DNA of 64,000 nucleotides from Candidatus Altimarinota bacterium (GTDB lineage Bacteria; Patescibacteriota; Gracilibacteria; CAIRYL01): NCBI GenBank assembly GCA_965250085.1, contig OZ252287.1, positions 160,001 to 224,000 of the forward strand, read 5' to 3'. Shown piece by piece: positions 55,798 to 64,000 of this stretch (position 1 is its first letter; each line of letters starts with the position of its first letter). The notes under the pieces were generated by a model. It saw only the letters and a program-made list of their open reading frames with translations, ran no database searches and was not told where the DNA came from. The position numbers and the translations under genes were made by a program.

Positions 55798-56454
55798 ATG
55801 TCTCGATTTTTGGCCATACTTGCCTTTTTGTGCACCGCATTCCTTCTTTTTCAATTCTTCGGAGAAGAAAATGCTTCTTATTTTGAAGCTTCTTCTCTCT
55901 CTCAAGAAAGAGTCATTGTGGCTTTTGGAGATAGTTTGACCGAAGGATATGGACTCCCTGTAGATCAGAGTTACCCATCTCAGCTCGAGCGAAAACTCAT
56001 ACGAACAGGTTTTTTAAGAACTCATCTTCTCAATCTTGGTGTCAGTGGGGATACGACAAAAGGAGGGCTCAAAAGAATTAAAAGTGTCTTAAGAGCAAAT
56101 CCAGATATTGTAATCCTTGCCTTAGGGGCCAATGATGGACTCAGAAATATGAACATGCGAGAGACTGAGCAAAACCTCCGTGAAGCAATCCGAGTATTTC
56201 AAAAAGAAGGCATTGAGGTTCTTCTCGTCGGTATTGACTTTCCGTTTCTTATGGGAATATTGGGATATACAGGTGATTTTGAACAAATGTATGCAGATAT
56301 TTCAGAAGAATTTGATGTTCCTCTTGTCCCCAACATTCTAGAAGGTGTCATGGAGAAAGAAGAGCTCAATCTTATTGACGGAAAACACCCGAATGAAAAA
56401 GGGTATCAGATAGTGGCGGAAACCATATGGCAAGAGCTTAAAAAAATGCTCTAA
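55798..56454 (+). CDS. SGNH arylesterase (TesA-like), exported
   Basis: FGDSLT, GVSGDTT, LGANDG, DGKHPN. Confidence 0.92.
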   Translation: MSRFLAILAFLCTAFLLFQFFGEENASYFEASSLSQERVIVAFGDSLTEGYGLPVDQSYPSQLERKLIRTGFLRTHLLNLGVSGDTTKGGLKRIKSVLRANPDIVILALGANDGLRNMNMRETEQNLREAIRVFQKEGIEVLLVGIDFPFLMGILGYTGDFEQMYADISEEFDVPLVPNILEGVMEKEELNLIDGKHPNEKGYQIVAETIWQELKKML

Positions 56455-56458
56455 ATGA

Positions 56459-57433
56459 CTATGTTGCGTTCTCCCAATACTTCTTCAGATTTTCTTCAAT
56501 CCTCTCCGCTCCCCCCATTTCTGGTACAAATTCTTCTCCAGTAATGGTTTCAAACGCCTGCATATAACGCTTGCTGAGCTCTATCACGAGCTCTGGAGGA
56601 GCATCGGGGAGTATTGTATCGTTGTATGGATCTGAGTGGTTTACAAACCACAATCGTAAAAACTCTTTATCAAATGCATCTGGTTCTTCTCCAGTACTGA
56701 ATCGTTCCTGATAAGTAGATGCCTTCCAATAACGTGAAGAGTCGGGCGTGTGCACTTCATCTATGAGCATGATGCCCCCTTCTTCATCTTTCCCAAATTC
56801 ATATTTTGTGTCCACCAAAATAAACCCATTTTTTGCCGCAATCTCTGTTCCTCGATGAAATATTTTCAATGCTTTGCTGGAGACATAGTCCCATTCTTCT
56901 TGAGTCATTAGTCCTCTTTCCACAATTTCTGCCGGTGATATTTTTTCATCATGACCTTCTGCTTTTGTCGTGGGAGTTACGATGGGAGTTTCAAATTTTT
57001 GATTTTTTATGAGTCCTTCTGGCAGTTGTACTCCGCAAAAATCTCGCACTCCTTCTTTATAGTTCATCCAGGCCGAAGTGTCTGTCGTCCCCGTAATATA
57101 CCCTCTCACCACAAATTCAACTGGAAACACCGTTGCTGATTTGACCACTGATACATTCGGATCCGGCATAGCCACAATATGATTGGGAATAATGTCAGCT
57201 GTTTGCTGAAACCAGAAATTAGAAATACGATTGAGCACTTGGCCTTTAAACGGAATGGCAGCCAAAATACGATCAAACGCACTCTGACGATCAGTGGTGA
57301 CAATTACTCGTTTCCCCTCTATTTCATAAGTATCTCGTACTTTTCCTTGATGGAGTTTGGTTCCGAGAGAAAAATTAGTTTTTTCGATCACATCATCAAT
57401 GTGATCAGTAATAAAATCAGATGAAACGGTCAT
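56459..57433 (-). CDS. purC: SAICAR synthetase
   Basis: GKVRD, TDRQSAFD, KGQVL, EFVVRGY, TPTTK, DTKYEFG, DEVHTPDSSR. Confidence 0.96.
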   Translation of the reverse strand: MTVSSDFITDHIDDVIEKTNFSLGTKLHQGKVRDTYEIEGKRVIVTTDRQSAFDRILAAIPFKGQVLNRISNFWFQQTADIIPNHIVAMPDPNVSVVKSATVFPVEFVVRGYITGTTDTSAWMNYKEGVRDFCGVQLPEGLIKNQKFETPIVTPTTKAEGHDEKISPAEIVERGLMTQEEWDYVSSKALKIFHRGTEIAAKNGFILVDTKYEFGKDEEGGIMLIDEVHTPDSSRYWKASTYQERFSTGEEPDAFDKEFLRLWFVNHSDPYNDTILPDAPPELVIELSKRYMQAFETITGEEFVPEMGGAERIEENLKKYWENAT

Positions 57434-57504
57434 TTAAAAAATATTAAATTTTGAATTTTAAATTCGGAAGAGATTTTTACGGTTTTAGAGAGAGAAGTCA
57501 AAAT

Positions 57505-58932
57505 TTAGGTTTTTATCTTTTGAGCAGCATCCCTGAGAGCATCTCTGAGTCCTTCTTCTACGGTCGGATGATAAAATGGCATATCCAGCATTTCCGAAAG
57601 AATCATCTCATTTTGATGTGCCCACGCGAGAAGATGAGAAATATTTTCAGCTTTTGGTCCCATCATTTCTGCTCCGAGAAGTCGTCCTGTTTTTTTATCT
57701 GCATAGAGATGAAGCAAGCCTTTGTTTTTTGCCATAACCTGACTCCTTCCTTGTTTTTCAAAATTGACTTCTCCAGTGACAAAGCTTCTCTCTTGGAGAT
57801 CTTTGTAACTTGATCCCAGCGTCGCAATTTGTGGATCGGTGAAGACGACTGCGAGCTTTGATCTTCTTTGTCCCGACTGTACATCTGGAAATCTACCAGC
57901 GTTATCTCCGGCAATAATTCCCTCATCTGCGGCTTCATGGAGGAGTTGAAGCTCTCCATTGGCATCTCCAGCCAGAAATATATGACTCTCGCCGCACTGC
58001 ATGGTTTGAGGACTATAGAGCGGTACACCTTTGTCGTTCAACTGGAGTCCTGATTTTTCTATATCTAAATTCTTTACATTTGCAAAACGCCCAGTTGCTG
58101 CCAGAACATATTCATAGACGGCTGTTTTTTCCTCATTCGTTTTTTTGTTTCTATAATGCATCTGCACTCCATCTTTTACCTCTGTGACGTCCAAAACTTC
58201 CGCTTGTGATGTCAGGTCGAGCTCCTCAGAAAATATCTTGGTGGCGTATTCTTGCAGATCTGGATCACTGAGAGTGGTGATGCGCCCACTTCTGCCAAAA
58301 AGAGTGACTCTTACTCCAAGGCGATGAAGAGCTTGTCCGAGCTCCATAGCAATAATACCTGTTCCAAAGACAGCAACAGATACCGGTAGATCTTCCCAAT
58401 AAAACACGTCATCATTGGTAATGACTCTCTTTTTTTTCCTCCCTTGTAAAGGGAGGCTAGGTGGGTTTATATCTTTTAAAAATCCAGGAATGATCGAATC
58501 CGATCCAGTGGCAATTACAATACGATCCGCTTGAACAGTTGTGTGATCATCCACTTGGAGTGTGTGTGGATCCAGAAATTTTGCATATCCAGTAATCCGA
58601 TGCTCAGCAGGAATGTCTTCTACGGCTTTCAGCACAAAACTCACAAAAAAATCCCTCATCTCTCGTACACGCTTCATCACTTCCTTTCCGTTTATATGGA
58701 TTTTGCCATCCAAGTGCACGCCAAATTGATCTGAAGTTTGCATTTCATGCACCTTTTCTGCCGCCGCAATCAGCAATTTACTCGGCATGCATCCCACTCT
58801 GGCACACGTCGTCCCATAAGAACCTCCATTAATAATCACTATTTTATCGGTATGTTGAATCGCAGAGTGATATGCTCGTGATCCAGCAGTCCCATGACCA
58901 ATAATTGCTACATCTACCAAAAGTTCTTTCAT
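57505..58932 (-). CDS. lpdA: dihydrolipoyl dehydrogenase-like flavoprotein disulfide reductase
   Basis: GHGTAG FAD site, GTTCARVGCMPSK, AGD, YHPTVEEG. Confidence 0.88.
   Translation of the reverse strand: MKELLVDVAIIGHGTAGSRAYHSAIQHTDKIVIINGGSYGTTCARVGCMPSKLLIAAAEKVHEMQTSDQFGVHLDGKIHINGKEVMKRVREMRDFFVSFVLKAVEDIPAEHRITGYAKFLDPHTLQVDDHTTVQADRIVIATGSDSIIPGFLKDINPPSLPLQGRKKKRVITNDDVFYWEDLPVSVAVFGTGIIAMELGQALHRLGVRVTLFGRSGRITTLSDPDLQEYATKIFSEELDLTSQAEVLDVTEVKDGVQMHYRNKKTNEEKTAVYEYVLAATGRFANVKNLDIEKSGLQLNDKGVPLYSPQTMQCGESHIFLAGDANGELQLLHEAADEGIIAGDNAGRFPDVQSGQRRSKLAVVFTDPQIATLGSSYKDLQERSFVTGEVNFEKQGRSQVMAKNKGLLHLYADKKTGRLLGAEMMGPKAENISHLLAWAHQNEMILSEMLDMPFYHPTVEEGLRDALRDAAQKIKT
58438..58456. repeat. 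REP-like palindrome inside lpd coding sequence
   Basis: CCTCCCTT-gta-AAGGGAGG perfect 8-bp stem. Confidence 0.7.
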
Positions 58933-59135
58933 GCAAAAGAAGATAGTGATCCCATGCTACAATTATTTTTGTCCCTTGGTAAGGTCTTTGATGGTGAATT
59001 TAGACGAACCAGAGGTGGGAGTAAATTGTTGGCGAACATTAGTTTGTAGGTGCAGGGGCAGAAAATTTTGAACGCCTATGTTTTCCAAACTTTAAAGGAC
59101 AGAGCAATCCTTTTTAAAGGGGAGGTTTTCTTTAT

Positions 59136-59165
59136 TTGACATATGAATTTCTTAAAGCATAGAAT
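59136..59165 (+). promoter_or_regulatory. sigma70-type promoter of orphan ORF 59189
   Basis: TTGACA-18 nt-TAGAAT. Confidence 0.6.
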
Positions 59166-59188
59166 GCAGATGCTTTGATTCCTGAAAA

Positions 59189-59542
59189 ATGATGAATGAA
59201 AATGAAGTAGGACTTGGCTCCGCTCAAGAAGCATCAGAGAGATCAGCACAAACTCCAGAAGATATAGGAGAAGCTATTTCGGGAAATCGAAGCGATGTGA
59301 ACTTAATAACGGAAGGATCAGAGGAAAGTTCAGATAATTCACCATCCTTGTTACCTATTGCAGATGCTCTAAGAGCCCGCAGGCAAAATGTCCCACCAGA
59401 AAGAGAAGCTGTCATAGATCGGATAATGTGTAGGCTGGGATATGATTCACTCTTAAGATTTGGCGAAATAAGTATTTATGAGTACGAGAGAATAAGGAAA
59501 GAGGTCGAATGGAATACTCCTTGGCCTCACTTAAAATTTTAA
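59189..59542 (+). CDS. hypothetical protein (acidic disordered N-terminus)
   Basis: 117-aa ATG ORF with own promoter. Confidence 0.6.
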   Translation: MMNENEVGLGSAQEASERSAQTPEDIGEAISGNRSDVNLITEGSEESSDNSPSLLPIADALRARRQNVPPEREAVIDRIMCRLGYDSLLRFGEISIYEYERIRKEVEWNTPWPHLKF

Positions 59543-59609
59543 GGAGAACTTCTTGTAGACTATGTCAGGACTTTAGTACACTCTGCTATGAGTATTTTTT
59601 TGAATGCAC

Positions 59610-60908
59610 ATGCCAACTATTCGAATATCTGAATTTCAAGATTATGTGGATACAGAGATCACTATTCAAGGTTGGATGTTTAATAAGCGTGGAAGTGGCA
59701 AAATCGCGTTTTTGCAGCTCAGAGATGGAAGTAGTCTTACTCAGGGCATTGTGGTCAAAAATGAAGTTTCGGATGATGTATTCAAAAGAGTGGAAAAGCT
59801 TACCATTGAGTCTTCTGTCCGAGTTACGGGAATTGTTACTCAACATCCCAAGCAACAAGACACTTTTGAATTGCAGGTCAGTGACATTGAAATCATTGAT
59901 CTTGTGGAAGAAGAATATCCAATAGGAAAAAAAGAACACGGTCCTGATTTTCTTCTCAGCCATCGACATTTATGGCTGAGATCTCAAAAACAATGGGCTC
60001 TTCAGCGTATTCGAAACACTCTTATCTATGGCATATACGAATATTTGGAAAAAGAAGGATTTCTCAAGATCGACTCCCCTATTTTAACTCCTAATGCCTG
60101 TGAAGGCACTACAACACTCTTTGAAGTGGAGTATTTTGATGAAGGAACGGCCTATCTTTCGCAATCGGGACAACTGTACCTGGAAGCTGCTATTATGAGT
60201 CATGGAAGATGCTTTGATTTTGGACCTGTATTCCGTGCCGAAAAATCAAAAACTCGCCGACACCTCACGGAGTTCTGGATGATGGATGCGGAAGCGGCAT
60301 TTGTGGAGCATGAAGAAAACATGAGAATTCAAGAAGAGCTGATTGTGTTTGTGATACAAAAAGTACTGGAAAAAAACACAAAAGAACTAGATATTTTGGA
60401 AAGAGATATCTCAAAGTTAAAAAATATAAAAGCTCCATTCCTTCGGAAGACACACGCCCAAGCAGTAGAAGAACTTCAAAAAATGGGATCCAAGATTGGG
60501 GATCATGATGACTTGGGAGCTGAAGATGAAGCCATGCTCACGCAAAAATATGACCTTCCTCTTTTTGTAGAAAAGTATCCAGCTACAGTCAAAGCATTTT
60601 ATATGAAACGAGATCCCAAAAACTCTGATGTTGTGCTCTGTGCCGATCTTCTGGCTCCGGAAGGATATGGAGAAATTATTGGCGGATCTGAGCGTGAAGA
60701 CAACTATGAGACGCTTCTCAAGAGAATACGAGAGCACAAGCTTCCCGAGAAAGAATTTGAATGGTATTTAGACCTCAGAAAATATGGATCTGTGCCTCAT
60801 AGTGGATTTGGTATCGGCCTCGAACGAGTGGTAGCCTGGATTTCAGGTGTTCGCCATATACGAGAAACTATCCCCTTTCCTCGTATGATTACCAGAATAT
60901 ATCCGTAA
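59610..60908 (+). CDS. asnS: asparagine--tRNA ligase
   Basis: OB-fold GW..KR..GKIAF..RDGS, AYLSQSGQLY, FRAEKSKTRRHLTEF, EIIGGSER, PHSGFGIGLER. Confidence 0.96.
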   Translation: MPTIRISEFQDYVDTEITIQGWMFNKRGSGKIAFLQLRDGSSLTQGIVVKNEVSDDVFKRVEKLTIESSVRVTGIVTQHPKQQDTFELQVSDIEIIDLVEEEYPIGKKEHGPDFLLSHRHLWLRSQKQWALQRIRNTLIYGIYEYLEKEGFLKIDSPILTPNACEGTTTLFEVEYFDEGTAYLSQSGQLYLEAAIMSHGRCFDFGPVFRAEKSKTRRHLTEFWMMDAEAAFVEHEENMRIQEELIVFVIQKVLEKNTKELDILERDISKLKNIKAPFLRKTHAQAVEELQKMGSKIGDHDDLGAEDEAMLTQKYDLPLFVEKYPATVKAFYMKRDPKNSDVVLCADLLAPEGYGEIIGGSEREDNYETLLKRIREHKLPEKEFEWYLDLRKYGSVPHSGFGIGLERVVAWISGVRHIRETIPFPRMITRIYP

Positions 60909-60927
60909 GAAAATTCTTAAACAATAT

Positions 60928-61569
60928 TTAATATTCTTTTGGACTTGGCAAAATATACAATATAGGAACTAATATAAGCAGAAAAATACTCGCCTTCGTG
61001 CTGAAGAGGGCTGCAAAAATGGTAATGATGTATATCAGAATGCCAGTGAGGACTTTGAGTTTTCCTCGCTGAATAATACCATAGGAAAGATTTTTTCGGA
61101 CCAGGCGATGACCTGTGGTCGCATGGTTCCATTTGGCATAGAGCAAAAAAGCCGCGAGCATCATGTTGATCGAATAAATCACGACGGGCATGATGCGTTC
61201 TGGATATGCACCCAGCAATTTTGTCGAAAAGGGAATCAGAGAAATAAACATCAGAAACAAAATATTGAGCCAGAGCATCGTTCGATCTGATCCCTGGATG
61301 TAATGAAACTGTTTATGATGTCCTATCCAGTAGACTCCTAAGATAATAAAACTGATAGTATAGTCAAAAAATACTGGCCATATGTTCCCCAGTGCTTGAA
61401 GAAACTCCAACCTTGTGGCTGATTCTGGAACTCCTGGAACATGTATTTCCAGGACCAAGAGAGTCATGACAATGGCAAATACAGCATCACTGAGTCCCTC
61501 AATACGAGTAGTGGGAAGAATGTACTCTCCGTCATGGTGATGTGGGCCGGGATGTTGTCCTGAATCCAT
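60928..61569 (-). CDS. TMEM175 family potassium channel
   Basis: RIEGLSDAVFAIVMTLLVLEI, ISF..YW..HH..F, LIPFST. Confidence 0.9.
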   Translation of the reverse strand: MDSGQHPGPHHHDGEYILPTTRIEGLSDAVFAIVMTLLVLEIHVPGVPESATRLEFLQALGNIWPVFFDYTISFIILGVYWIGHHKQFHYIQGSDRTMLWLNILFLMFISLIPFSTKLLGAYPERIMPVVIYSINMMLAAFLLYAKWNHATTGHRLVRKNLSYGIIQRGKLKVLTGILIYIITIFAALFSTKASIFLLILVPILYILPSPKEY

Positions 61570-61595
61570 TATAGAAATTTAAGAATTATAAAATT

Positions 61596-63254
61596 TTACA
61601 TATCCCAAATCTTCTCTTCGTATTGCTTTATGCATCGATGAGTATTAAAGAACCCCGCGAGTGAGACAGCAGATTTCATTCGTTTTGCCCACTCTTTTGG
61701 TCTTTGATAATAACAATCTATAGCGTCTTTGAGCTTATCATAGAGTTCTTCGGCATCTATATCATCACGAGTGTTTTCATCAAATTGATCAGATGTATCG
61801 CCAAATCCCCAACCAGCATCTGGATTCATCTTGATCCCTTCTATCCACCATCCATCCAACACTGAAAGATTGAGCACTCCATTCAGCGCTGCTTTCATGC
61901 CACTCGTCCCACTGGCTTCACGAGGTTTGATAGGATTGTTGAGCCAAATGTCGGATCCAGAAATAAGTTTATGAGCAATGTCTAAGTTATAGTCAGAAAC
62001 TACTGCGACACGGATCTGCCCCCTGAGCCTTCGTGCACATGTCTGCAGATCACCTTTTTTCCAATTGCAATAATTATCATCCGGATGGCACTTGCCCGCA
62101 AAGATAAACTGTAATTTTCGGTACCCTAACTCTCTGAGTTTTTCCAAATTTCGAAAGACAAGACCTGGTCTCTTATACGGAACAAAGCGCCTGGCAAAAG
62201 CAATGGTCAGTGTTTTTTCATCAAATTTGTCTTCTGGATACATTTCCGAATGACCAGTAAAAAATTCAGAATGACTGTTGACCCATGTGATAAGTGCTTT
62301 TTTATTTTTTTTATGAGCGAATTGTAATTTTTCTACTGGAAGTGACTTCAGCGCTGATTCCAATTTTTTTGGATTTTCCCTCCATCCTTTTATTTTTTCA
62401 TCAAAAAGTTTTGCCATCGGCTCAGACGCCCAAGTGAGATGATGGATTCCGTTGGTTACATTCTCAAATTCGTACCCGGGAAACATTTCTCTACAGACTT
62501 CCTGATGCTTTGTGGAAACACTATTGGTTACTTTACTCATATTCATGGCCAAGTGCGTCATGCTCAAATCTTTTTCCGTGGCGATACGGTCAATGTGCCA
62601 TGGCATCATCTTTCCGAGCACTTGATTTGCCAGTGTATAGTCAAAATGATCGTGACCAGCTTTGATAGGTGTGTGTGTTGTAAATGTGCATCCGGTACGA
62701 ACTTCAGCATCTTTGTATCCTTGTTCCTTCAGACTTTCAAAAGTCAAAAAAGCAGAATGCCCTTCATTCATATGAAGATTTTGTATTTCCTCATACCCAA
62801 GTGCTCTGAGCATTCTTAGCCCTCCTATCCCTAAAATAGCCTCCTGTGCGATGCGAGTGTATTGATCAGAAGCGTAGAGCCACTTGGTCAAATCACGATC
62901 CCATCGTTTATTTTCTGGAAAATTAGTAGTCAAAAAATAGAGAAGAGCTGCGTTTCCATTTTCACTTTTGACGCTGTATTCGAAGGCTCCAACCTTTACT
63001 ATCCTGTCCTCAATTTGCACCTCGACCGTTGGCTTCAGTCGTTTCATAAATTTTTCCGGTTTGAATGCTTTTTTGGGATCATCATCTTGGTGATATATGA
63101 GAGAAACCCCTATCATTGGGAATTTCATATCCGCAGCAGAGTGCATCATGTCTGCTGCCAAGACACCAAGACCGCCCGCATAATTTGGGATTCTGGAATC
63201 CAGAGCAAATTCCATAGAGAAATAAGCGACTTTTATGGGAGTTTTTATTGACAT
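61596..63254 (-). CDS. glgP: alpha-glucan phosphorylase (compact form)
   Basis: YFSMEF, GGLGVLA, HMNEGH, FTTHTP, NGIH, ARRFVPYKR, EASGTSGMKAALNG. Confidence 0.94.
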   Translation of the reverse strand: MSIKTPIKVAYFSMEFALDSRIPNYAGGLGVLAADMMHSAADMKFPMIGVSLIYHQDDDPKKAFKPEKFMKRLKPTVEVQIEDRIVKVGAFEYSVKSENGNAALLYFLTTNFPENKRWDRDLTKWLYASDQYTRIAQEAILGIGGLRMLRALGYEEIQNLHMNEGHSAFLTFESLKEQGYKDAEVRTGCTFTTHTPIKAGHDHFDYTLANQVLGKMMPWHIDRIATEKDLSMTHLAMNMSKVTNSVSTKHQEVCREMFPGYEFENVTNGIHHLTWASEPMAKLFDEKIKGWRENPKKLESALKSLPVEKLQFAHKKNKKALITWVNSHSEFFTGHSEMYPEDKFDEKTLTIAFARRFVPYKRPGLVFRNLEKLRELGYRKLQFIFAGKCHPDDNYCNWKKGDLQTCARRLRGQIRVAVVSDYNLDIAHKLISGSDIWLNNPIKPREASGTSGMKAALNGVLNLSVLDGWWIEGIKMNPDAGWGFGDTSDQFDENTRDDIDAEELYDKLKDAIDCYYQRPKEWAKRMKSAVSLAGFFNTHRCIKQYEEKIWDM

Positions 63255-63310
63255 AGTATATATTTATTTACTATAGTATTTTACCAAAGATTTACATATT
63301 TTGCAACAAT

Positions 63311-63712
63311 ATGACCTCTTCCAAATCACTCAGCAAAATTGATCGCGGTGGATACCCCACTTCTCAGGAAGTTTTGAAAACTGCATTAGAAGACATCATG
63401 AAAAACTCTCCTTTTCTGGAAATAGCCAGAGAGGATCCTCAGGAAGTCATTTCTCATCTGGCTCAGATGCTCTTTGATGCTGATATAACTCTCAATCAAG
63501 TGCGATCAGGAACTCATCGCGTGGGTATATATATTCGGAAAATTGTAAATAGAAGAAGGAGAAGAAGGAATAGAGAAATGGATTTTCTAATAAACGATGC
63601 TGCTGTATTTCAAGAGCTTCTCAGAAGTTTAAAGGGAACATCAGACAATGAAGGTATTTCTTCAAAAACTACTGAAACACGGGAGAATATTGGAGGCATT
63701 ACAGAGTCGTGA
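63311..63712 (+). CDS. hypothetical protein
   Basis: 133-aa ATG ORF, poly-Arg patch, convergent overlap with aroK end. Confidence 0.55.
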   Translation: MTSSKSLSKIDRGGYPTSQEVLKTALEDIMKNSPFLEIAREDPQEVISHLAQMLFDADITLNQVRSGTHRVGIYIRKIVNRRRRRRNREMDFLINDAAVFQELLRSLKGTSDNEGISSKTTETRENIGGITES

Positions 63713-64000
63713 GTCGCTGCAAAAGCTCAACGCTTTGCTCAATGTTTTCTTGTTCGGATAATTCTGCATCTGCGTATTTTTGAAACAAATCTTTCCTTTC
63801 ATTCCATATTTCCTCTACTTCCTGAAAAAGTGGTTTTTCAGACTTTAAAACTGGTCTCTTCTTTGAAGTATTTTGAAGCCTTTGTATCAGTTCCTGTATC
63901 GGAACATTGAGAAAAATAACCTCTCCATTTTTTTTCAGATACTCCATGTTTTTGGAATTGAGCACAACTCCCCCACCAGTAGCAATCACCGTATTTTGGA
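63699..64000 (-). CDS. aroK: shikimate kinase, 3' part (runs off window end)
   Basis: VIATGGGVV, IFL, RL..RP, R..(F)..YAD. Confidence 0.85.
   Translation of the reverse strand, partial: QNTVIATGGGVVLNSKNMEYLKKNGEVIFLNVPIQELIQRLQNTSKKRPVLKSEKPLFQEVEEIWNERKDLFQKYADAELSEQENIEQSVELLQRLTTL

Noticed and set aside
1-64000. Genetic code 25 (TGA=Gly, Gracilibacteria/Absconditabacteria)
   Set aside because: Long genes are intact under code 11 and several end at TGA at their expected C-termini (rnhA-like, trxA, clpC)

Overview
Gene-dense, AT-rich bacterial chromosome segment using the standard genetic code (TGA acts as stop). Gene content suggests a Patescibacteria/CPR lineage, most likely Peregrinibacteria. 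The evidence is a VirB4-like ATPase tail, short HrcA, a CPR-type Cys-rich protein, an SLH-bearing giant protein, and retained carA/purC/nadE/trpG/aroK; this assignment is an inference. Most of the window is shuffled housekeeping genes (secD, rnhA-like, trxA, clpC, carA, hflX, hup, ctpA, hppA, grpE/hrcA, nadE, rnpA/rpmH, def, rplS, yggS, purC, lpd, asnS, glgP, aroK) mixed with orphan ORFs. The main candidate novel system is a ~17 kb minus-strand cluster (53412->36434). It starts with a CsaB-type pyruvyltransferase. Next is an apparent ~3,900-aa exported surface protein split into two overlapping ORFs by a -1 frame change that contains a T TTT TTG heptamer; it has gingipain/C25-like halves, Ig-like, FG-GAP, Ca-binding, Pro-rich and 3xSLH segments. 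Four tightly coupled secreted Cys-containing helical proteins of unknown function follow. Directly downstream is an orphan with eight 37-aa CUE/UBA-like helical repeats with hypervariable positions. Other points: a perfect CIRCE overlapping the clpC promoter, parvulin-like inserts in SecD, a duplicated 59-bp promoter/leader cassette, LPXTG-like xGP sorting tails, a REP-like palindrome inserted in-frame in lpd, and probable leaderless mRNAs. No rRNA, tRNA, CRISPR array or transposase was recognised.
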